DNA of 24,000 nt, taken from NCBI GenBank assembly GCA_049516755.1, contig JBEKSU010000015.1, forward strand, positions 490-24,489, read 5' to 3'. Under the pieces are notes generated by a model. It saw only the letters and a program-made list of their open reading frames with translations. It had not been told where the DNA came from and searched no databases. The stretch's first letter is position 1, and every line of letters starts with the position of its first letter. The stretch is from Verrucomicrobiota bacterium. Lineage in GTDB: Bacteria > Verrucomicrobiota > Verrucomicrobiia > Limisphaerales > UBA11358. Below are positions 18,389 through 24,000 of this stretch, one piece after another. The position numbers and the translations under genes were made by a program.

Positions 18389-19312
18389 ATGAATATTCCA
18401 CTCCACCATGTCATCCGGCCGGGCATCGTTCATTTCATGGCCTTTCCGGCCACCATGAAGGGCGAAGGCCCGATTGTTGAAACCGTCCGCCAGATTCTCA
18501 CCGACAATTTCTTTGAAGTGATTGAAATATCCTGGATCAACGACCCGGCGGCGCGCGCCAAAGTGAAGGCGATGCTGGCCCACGCCGCGGTCGAAGCCAA
18601 GCACGGCGGCCAGCCCCGGCTGCTCTCGCAAAAACTCGACCTGAACAGCGCCGATGAAGCGATGCGCCAGCGGGCCATCGACGAAATCAAACGCGCCGTC
18701 GAGGAAGCCGGCGAACTCGGCATCCGTGACGTCGGGCTTCTCAGCGGTTCCGACGTCGCCCCCGCCGAACGCCCGGCGGCGATGGCCCGGCTGGAGGATT
18801 CGCTGGTGCAGCTATGCCGTCACGCTGCGAAGTCCGGTTGCAACATCGTGCTGGAAGTTTTCGACCGCGACATCGACAAGAAATGCCTGATCGGTCCGGC
18901 GAATGTGGCACGCGAAATTTCGGAGCGCGTCAGGCGCAGCTGCCCGAACTTCGGCCTCATGATTGACCTGAGCCACATCCCGCTGCTGAACGAATCGCCG
19001 GCGCAGGCCCTGCAACCGGTGCGCGATCACATCGCCCACATTCACATCGGCAACGCTTATATGAAGGACCGGCAGGACCCGGCGTGGGGCGACCAGCATC
19101 CGCGCTTCGGTTATCCGGGCAGCGCCAACGATGTGCCGGAAATCGTCGCCTTCCTGCGTGAGCTGTTCGCGGTGGGTTACCTCAAGGCCGACGGCTCGCG
19201 TCGCGGCGCCGTGTCGTTCGAGATCAAACCTGTGGGCGACGAGGATTCCACCGTCATGCTCGCCGCCGCCAAACGCAAGCTGCTTGAAGCGTGGGCAAAA
19301 CTCACGATCTAA
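18389..19312 (+). CDS. Sugar phosphate isomerase/epimerase-family TIM-barrel protein (xylose-isomerase-like fold)
   Basis: 307 aa. The pattern ...NIVLEVFDR...GLMIDLSHIPL...HIHIGNAY... matches the metal-binding strand ends of this family. Substrate is unknown. Confidence 0.7.
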   Translation: MNIPLHHVIRPGIVHFMAFPATMKGEGPIVETVRQILTDNFFEVIEISWINDPAARAKVKAMLAHAAVEAKHGGQPRLLSQKLDLNSADEAMRQRAIDEIKRAVEEAGELGIRDVGLLSGSDVAPAERPAAMARLEDSLVQLCRHAAKSGCNIVLEVFDRDIDKKCLIGPANVAREISERVRRSCPNFGLMIDLSHIPLLNESPAQALQPVRDHIAHIHIGNAYMKDRQDPAWGDQHPRFGYPGSANDVPEIVAFLRELFAVGYLKADGSRRGAVSFEIKPVGDEDSTVMLAAAKRKLLEAWAKLTI

Positions 19313-19347
19313 CCCATTAACTTCGTACCACTGTTCCCATTTCTCGT

Positions 19348-20298
19348 ATGAAAATCGTTGTCCTCGATGGCTACACCATGAATCCCGGCGATAATCCGTG
19401 GGATGAAGTCGCCAAACTCGGCGAATTCGTCTGCCACGATCGCACGCCGGTTGACCTTATCCTCGAACGCGCGAAAGACGCCGACATCATCCTCACCAAC
19501 AAAACCCTTCTCTCCGCTGACACGCTCGCGAAACTGCCCAAACTGAAATTCATCAGCGTGCTGGCGACCGGCTACAATGTCGTGGATGTGAAGGCGGCAC
19601 GGGCGCGCGGCATTGCGGTCTCGAACGTTCCGATTTACGGAACCGACGCGGTGGCCGAATACGTGTTCGCCCTGCTGCTGAATTTCTATCGCCAGCCGCA
19701 GTTGCACAGCGACCTGGTCAAGCAAGGCGAATGGGCGAGGCGCGAATGGTGTTTCTGGAACACACCGCTGACCGAGTTTGCCGGCCGCACGATTGGCATC
19801 GTTGGTTTCGGGCGCATCGGGCGTCGCGTCGGCGAAATTGCCGCAGCTTTCAAAATGAAGGTCCTGGCCAACGACATTAATCGCACCAATCCGCCTTCGT
19901 ATTCCTTCGCGTGGCGCGAAGTGCCGGAGTTGTTTGCCGAATCCGACGTGGTGACGCTCCACTGCAACCTCACGCCGGAAAACACCGGCATGGTGAACCA
20001 GTCTCTGCTCGAGCGCATGAAACCCACAGCCTATCTCATCAACACCTCACGCGGCCCGCTGGTAAAAGACGCCGACCTCGCCGGGGCGTTGCGGCAGGGC
20101 AAGCTTGCGGGCGCGGCCTTGGATGTCGTCACGACCGAACCGATTCCTTTGGACAATCCGCTGCTGAAAGCGCCCAACATCACCATCACGCCGCACGTCG
20201 CCTGGGCGGCGCTCGCCGCCCGCCGCCGGTTGATGAAGATCACCGCCGAAAATGTCGCGGCTTTCATCGCCGGTAAACCCGTCAACGTCGTCAATTAA
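19348..20298 (+). CDS. D-isomer-specific 2-hydroxyacid dehydrogenase (glycerate dehydrogenase/hydroxypyruvate reductase-like)
   Basis: MKIVVLDGYTMNPGD..., the NAD-binding motif GIVGFGRIGRRVGEIA, and a catalytic region ...NTSRGPLV...LDV...TPHVAW. Confidence 0.88.
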   Translation: MKIVVLDGYTMNPGDNPWDEVAKLGEFVCHDRTPVDLILERAKDADIILTNKTLLSADTLAKLPKLKFISVLATGYNVVDVKAARARGIAVSNVPIYGTDAVAEYVFALLLNFYRQPQLHSDLVKQGEWARREWCFWNTPLTEFAGRTIGIVGFGRIGRRVGEIAAAFKMKVLANDINRTNPPSYSFAWREVPELFAESDVVTLHCNLTPENTGMVNQSLLERMKPTAYLINTSRGPLVKDADLAGALRQGKLAGAALDVVTTEPIPLDNPLLKAPNITITPHVAWAALAARRRLMKITAENVAAFIAGKPVNVVN

Positions 20299-20307
20299 AC
20301 CTGTTTC

Positions 20308-21210
20308 ATGGCGCCGAACGCTGCCAGCCCACAAAGTAATCTCCAAGCGGTGCTTCAAGAGAAGGACCGCAAACGAAAGGCGGCGATGCTTCAGCGGCTG
20401 GCGCAGGAATTCCGCCTCACGGTGCTGGATATCCTGCACGAAAAGGGCACCGGCCACTGGGGCGGGGCCGCGTCGGCCGCCGAGCTTTTGGCCGCGCTCT
20501 ATTTCGACGTGCTGAACATCCGGCCCGGCGAACCGAAATGGCCGGATCGCGACCGGCTGGTGGTCAGCAAAGGCCACGCGTCCTGCATGCTCTATACGGT
20601 GCTGGCCCACCGCGGCTACTTTCCGACGTCCGAACTGAAAACGTTCCGGCAGATCGACAGCCGGCTGCAGGGACATCCCTGCATGCTGAAGACTCCGGGA
20701 GTCGAGATGTCCACCGGTTCATTGGGACACGGCACTTCCGTCGCGCTGGGCATGGCGCTCGCCGCGCGGCTGCTCGGAAAGAATTACTGGACTTACGTGC
20801 TGCTCGGCGACGGCGACCTGAACGAAGGCCAGACCTGGGAAGCAATCATGGCCGCGGCGAAATTTAAACCGGAACGGCTCGTGGCGCTCATTGATTACAA
20901 CAAAGTCCAGCTCGATGGTCCCAGCGACCAGATCATGCCGATGGATCCGCTGCCTGAAAAGCTCCGGCCCTTCAACTGGAACGTCGCGCCGGTCGTTTAC
21001 GATGGCCACAGCGCCGCCGCTGTCTTGGAATCATTCGATTGGATAAAAAAACAGCGCCAATGGCCGGTGGCCGTGATTTACAAAACTCACAAAGGCAAAG
21101 GCGTGTCGTTCATGGAAGACAACGCCCATTGGCATGGCGCGCCGATTGACGACGCCACCCATGCCAAAGCGCGCCAGGAATTGCTCCAAACGCTGGAGGC
21201 ACTGCCATGA
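20308..21210 (+). CDS. Transketolase, N-terminal (TPP-binding) subunit of a split enzyme
   Basis: GTGHWGGAASAAELLAALYF, GSLGHGTSVALGMA and GDGDLNEGQTWEA (TPP/Mg motif). ATG 20386 is an alternative start. Confidence 0.9.
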   Translation: MAPNAASPQSNLQAVLQEKDRKRKAAMLQRLAQEFRLTVLDILHEKGTGHWGGAASAAELLAALYFDVLNIRPGEPKWPDRDRLVVSKGHASCMLYTVLAHRGYFPTSELKTFRQIDSRLQGHPCMLKTPGVEMSTGSLGHGTSVALGMALAARLLGKNYWTYVLLGDGDLNEGQTWEAIMAAAKFKPERLVALIDYNKVQLDGPSDQIMPMDPLPEKLRPFNWNVAPVVYDGHSAAAVLESFDWIKKQRQWPVAVIYKTHKGKGVSFMEDNAHWHGAPIDDATHAKARQELLQTLEALP

Positions 21211-22151
21211 CGGCTGCGCCGGTGGCCATGCGTGATGCGTTCGGCGAGGCGCTGCTCGCGCTGGCGACGGAGGTTCCCGAACTGATTGTCCTCGATGCCG
21301 ACGTGTCCACAAGCACGCGCACGGCGGCGTTCGGGAAAAAGTATCCGGACCGGTTCTTCAACGTCGGTGTCGCGGAAGCCAACATGGTGGACATCGCGGC
21401 GGGCATGGCGACGTGCGGCTTGCGACCGGTCGTCAACACCTTTGCCCTGTTCCTGACACTGAAGGCCGCCGATCAGGTGCGAAACATCGTTTGCTACAAC
21501 AAATTGCCGGTCATCCTCGCGGGCAACTACGCGGGCCTGTCAGATTCCTACGACGGCGCCAGCCACCAATCGATCCTTGACCTCGCCATCATGCGGGCGA
21601 TGCCAAACCTGACGGTCATTGTTCCGGGTGATGGCGTCGAATTGCGCCAGGCGCTTGCGACGGCCTTGCGCCGCAACGGCCCCGTTTACATCCGCATCTG
21701 CCGGAACCCCACGCCGGTGCTTTTCGCCGATGCGCCGCCGCTCGAAATTGGAAAAATCCGGAAGCTCAAGGAAGGCAACCAACTCACCATCGCTGTTTGT
21801 GGTGTTCCGACGAGCATGGCCATCGAAGCCGCCGACCATCTTGCGCAACGCGGCGTTGCGGTGGACTTGCTGGAAGTTTCGACGATCAAGCCGATCGACA
21901 TCGAGGCCTTGGCGGTGTCCGCCCGCAAGACCGGCAAGGTCTTGACCGTCGAGGAACACACCATCCACGGCGGCTTGGGAAGCGCGGTTGCGGAAGTATT
22001 GTCCCAGCGCGCCCCGGCGAGGATGGGCATGATTGGAATTGAAGACAAGTTTACCGAATCGGGCGATTACGGCGCGCTCCTGCGCAAGTACGGAATTTCC
22101 GTCGAACGCATTGAATCCGAAGCGATGCGCTTGTTGACGCCAGAGCAATAA
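21207..22151 (+). CDS. Transketolase, C-terminal (pyrimidine-binding) subunit
   Basis: MRDAFGEALLALA...RFFNVGVAEANMV...DGASHQSILDLAIMRAMPN. The start overlaps the upstream stop as ATGA (21207..21210). Confidence 0.9.
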   Translation: MTAAPVAMRDAFGEALLALATEVPELIVLDADVSTSTRTAAFGKKYPDRFFNVGVAEANMVDIAAGMATCGLRPVVNTFALFLTLKAADQVRNIVCYNKLPVILAGNYAGLSDSYDGASHQSILDLAIMRAMPNLTVIVPGDGVELRQALATALRRNGPVYIRICRNPTPVLFADAPPLEIGKIRKLKEGNQLTIAVCGVPTSMAIEAADHLAQRGVAVDLLEVSTIKPIDIEALAVSARKTGKVLTVEEHTIHGGLGSAVAEVLSQRAPARMGMIGIEDKFTESGDYGALLRKYGISVERIESEAMRLLTPEQ

Positions 22152-22158
22152 AATTCCC

Positions 22159-23784
22159 ATGTGGCAACAGGATTACATGCCGGTCGCGCACAGCATCGGC
22201 TGGTCGGCCCTGTGCGCCGCCATACCGCTGTTCGTGCTTTTGTTTTTGCTGGCCATCATGCGGAAGCCGGCGTGGATATCGGCCATCACCAGCCTCGTCA
22301 CGGCCATTCTGGTGGCTTGGGTGGTTTATCGGATGCCGACGGAAAAAGTCTTTTCCGCCGCGCTCTTTGGCATCGCGTACGGTCTGCTGCCAACCGGCTG
22401 GATCACGTTCAATGCCCTTCTGCTCTACCGGCTGACACTGGCGACCGGACAATTCGAGGTGATTAAAAATTCCCTGGTCATGCTGACCAGCGACATTCGA
22501 TTGCAAGCCCTGCTGATTGCCTTTGCGTTCGGCGCGTTCATCGAAGGGGCGGCCGGTTCGGGCGTGCCCGTTGCCGTCTGCGCCGCCATGCTCGCCGGGA
22601 TGGGTTTCAACCGGCTTAAAGCCGCGGGAATCTGCCTGCTGGCGAACACCGCTCCCGTGGCCTTCGGCGCCATCGGCCTGCCCATCATCATGCTCCAAAA
22701 ATCCACGGGACTGGATTTGATGCACCTCAGCGCCGCCACCGGCCGGATCACCGCACCGCTGTCGCTGTGCGTGCCCGCTTACATGGTTGTGCTGGTCGCA
22801 GGCTGGAAAGGATTGCGCGGGGTGCTGCCCGCCGCCGTGGTCTGCGGCGTGACCTTTGCCGCCGTGCACGTGGCCGTTTCCAATCTCATCGGGCCGCAAT
22901 TGGCCGATATCCTGGCCGCCATCGTGGCCATCGTCTCTCTGGTTATCTTGTTCCGGCTCTGGCAACCGAAGGAAAATATTCCCGCCGTTGAAACGGTCAT
23001 TTCGGCCGCGCCGACTGCCCGTTACAACGTGCCGACCATCGTCCGGGCCTGGCTGCCTTATGGTCTGCTGGCCGTCTGCGTGCTGGCTTGGGGCACGCCA
23101 GCCATCAACAAAATCCTCCTCAAAACCAGCATCATCGTCGAATGGCCGTCGCTTCATCGGCTCGTCATGCGGATGCCGCCGGTCGTGCCCGAGGCGACGC
23201 CCTACGATGCCCGGTGGAGTTTTGATTGGCTCGCAAGTCCCGGCACAGCGTGCCTGATTGCCTGCGTGCTGACCGCGGTGTTCGCCCGCCTGTCGCCGCG
23301 CCGGTTTGTGCAGGTGTTCGGAAGCACGCTCAAACAAATGTTTCTGCCGCTTTTGACCATTGCCGCCATTGTGGGATTGGGCGGGTTGATGAATTATGCC
23401 GGCGCGACTTCCACGCTCGGGCTCGCTTTCGCGGCCACGGGCGCGTTTTTCTCCTTCTTCAGCCCGCTGCTGGGATGGGTGGGCGTGTTCCTGACTGGCT
23501 CGGATGCGTCCTGTAATTTCATCTTCGGCAATCTGCAAACAACCGCCGCCCGGCAGGTCGGCCTGAATCCGGTCCTCACGGCCGCCGCCAATTCCGCCGG
23601 GGGTGTGATGGGCAAAATGATCAGCGTTCAAAGCATCGCCGTCGCTGCCGCCGCCACCGGCATGAAACCGTCCGAAGAATCCCAGCTTTTCCGGTTTACC
23701 TTCTGGCACAGCGTCCTGCTCGTCTGCCTGATCGGCATCGTGACGACGATCTACGCCTACGTCATTCCCTGGATCGTCCCTTGA
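22159..23784 (+). CDS. lctP: L-lactate/glycolate permease family transporter (LctP)
   Basis: 541 aa and polytopic. The N-terminus (W.Q.Y.P......SALCAAIPLFVLLFLL) and ...FGAFIEGAAGSGVPVAV... are characteristic of the LctP family. The 606-aa ORF on the opposite strand is a shadow. Confidence 0.88.
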   Translation: MWQQDYMPVAHSIGWSALCAAIPLFVLLFLLAIMRKPAWISAITSLVTAILVAWVVYRMPTEKVFSAALFGIAYGLLPTGWITFNALLLYRLTLATGQFEVIKNSLVMLTSDIRLQALLIAFAFGAFIEGAAGSGVPVAVCAAMLAGMGFNRLKAAGICLLANTAPVAFGAIGLPIIMLQKSTGLDLMHLSAATGRITAPLSLCVPAYMVVLVAGWKGLRGVLPAAVVCGVTFAAVHVAVSNLIGPQLADILAAIVAIVSLVILFRLWQPKENIPAVETVISAAPTARYNVPTIVRAWLPYGLLAVCVLAWGTPAINKILLKTSIIVEWPSLHRLVMRMPPVVPEATPYDARWSFDWLASPGTACLIACVLTAVFARLSPRRFVQVFGSTLKQMFLPLLTIAAIVGLGGLMNYAGATSTLGLAFAATGAFFSFFSPLLGWVGVFLTGSDASCNFIFGNLQTTAARQVGLNPVLTAAANSAGGVMGKMISVQSIAVAAAATGMKPSEESQLFRFTFWHSVLLVCLIGIVTTIYAYVIPWIVP

Positions 23785-23901
23785 AACATCAACACCAATC
23801 CGGCGGTTGACTGCCAGTTGGCAGCCGGTAGCATTGACGCGAGTTCCGCGCAAAGATGAAGCCGTGGCCATGGTTGGCTTTGGCGGAACGTAAGGAAAAA
23901 C

Positions 23902-24000
23902 ATGAACCGTTTTGATCTGTCATCGAAGATTGCATTTGTCTCCGGCTCGACCCGCGGGTTGGGATTGGGGATTGCGGAAGGCTTGGGCCAGCACGGCGCG
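23902..24000 (+). CDS. Short-chain dehydrogenase/reductase (SDR), 5' fragment (gluconate-5-dehydrogenase/KduD-like N-terminus)
   Basis: My translation gives MNRFDLSSKIAFVSGSTRGLGLGIAEGLGQHGA, which has the SDR cofactor motif (T/S)GxxxGxG. AAGGA lies 6 nt upstream of the ATG. The gene runs off the window. Confidence 0.75.
   Translation, partial: MNRFDLSSKIAFVSGSTRGLGLGIAEGLGQHGA

Noticed and set aside
22051-23871. 606-aa ORF on the minus strand, the longest non-annotated ORF in the track
   Set aside because: It is entirely antisense to the well-supported LctP permease gene. The composition is Gly/Arg/Asp/His-rich and low-complexity with no recognisable motifs. This is a typical shadow ORF in GC-rich DNA with strong third-position GC bias.
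23785-23901. CTGCCA-gt-TGGCAG and neighbouring short inverted repeats after lctP as a terminator
   Set aside because: The loop is too small, the effective stem is about 4 bp, and there is no U-tract. There is not enough support.

Overview
GC-rich bacterial chromosomal window, mostly housekeeping genes. The lineage is probably PVC/Verrucomicrobiota-like; that is an inference from a DUF1573-cytochrome fusion, weak Shine-Dalgarno usage and the repeat families seen here. Gene order: gyrA (minus strand, partial, absent from the ORF track) <- vapC <- vapB <- gyrB; then gcvP -> hemerythrin-like gene; then a long minus-strand run of M14 peptidase, AraC/Ogt (Ada-like), DUF559 nuclease, bioB, lepB, DUF1573-dihaem cytochrome c and leuA; then a secreted cupin (+) and a secreted lactonase (-); then a plus-strand carbohydrate/2-hydroxyacid cluster of TIM-barrel isomerase, D-2-hydroxyacid dehydrogenase, split transketolase, LctP-family permease and a partial SDR. 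I found no rRNA, tRNA, CRISPR array, transposase or multi-gene defence island. The many long ORFs antisense to real genes are GC-driven shadows. The interest lies in small elements laid over housekeeping DNA: (1) a vapBC toxin-antitoxin pair inserted with almost no spacing inside the gyrB-gyrA operon, with a 24-nt perfect palindrome over a consensus -35 box; (2) a 75-nt palindromic element occupying exactly 25 codons of gcvP; (3) related heptanucleotide microsatellites inside two coding genes; (4) a DUF559 (Vsr-fold) nuclease gene bracketed by two same-orientation hairpins that differ by a compensatory base-pair change, suggesting a REP/RAYT-like selfish cassette; (5) a leader-peptide attenuator candidate upstream of leuA; (6) a structured dispersed-repeat-like element of about 128 nt; and (7) candidate operators for bioB (BirA-type) and lepB. 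All functional readings are inference from sequence alone.
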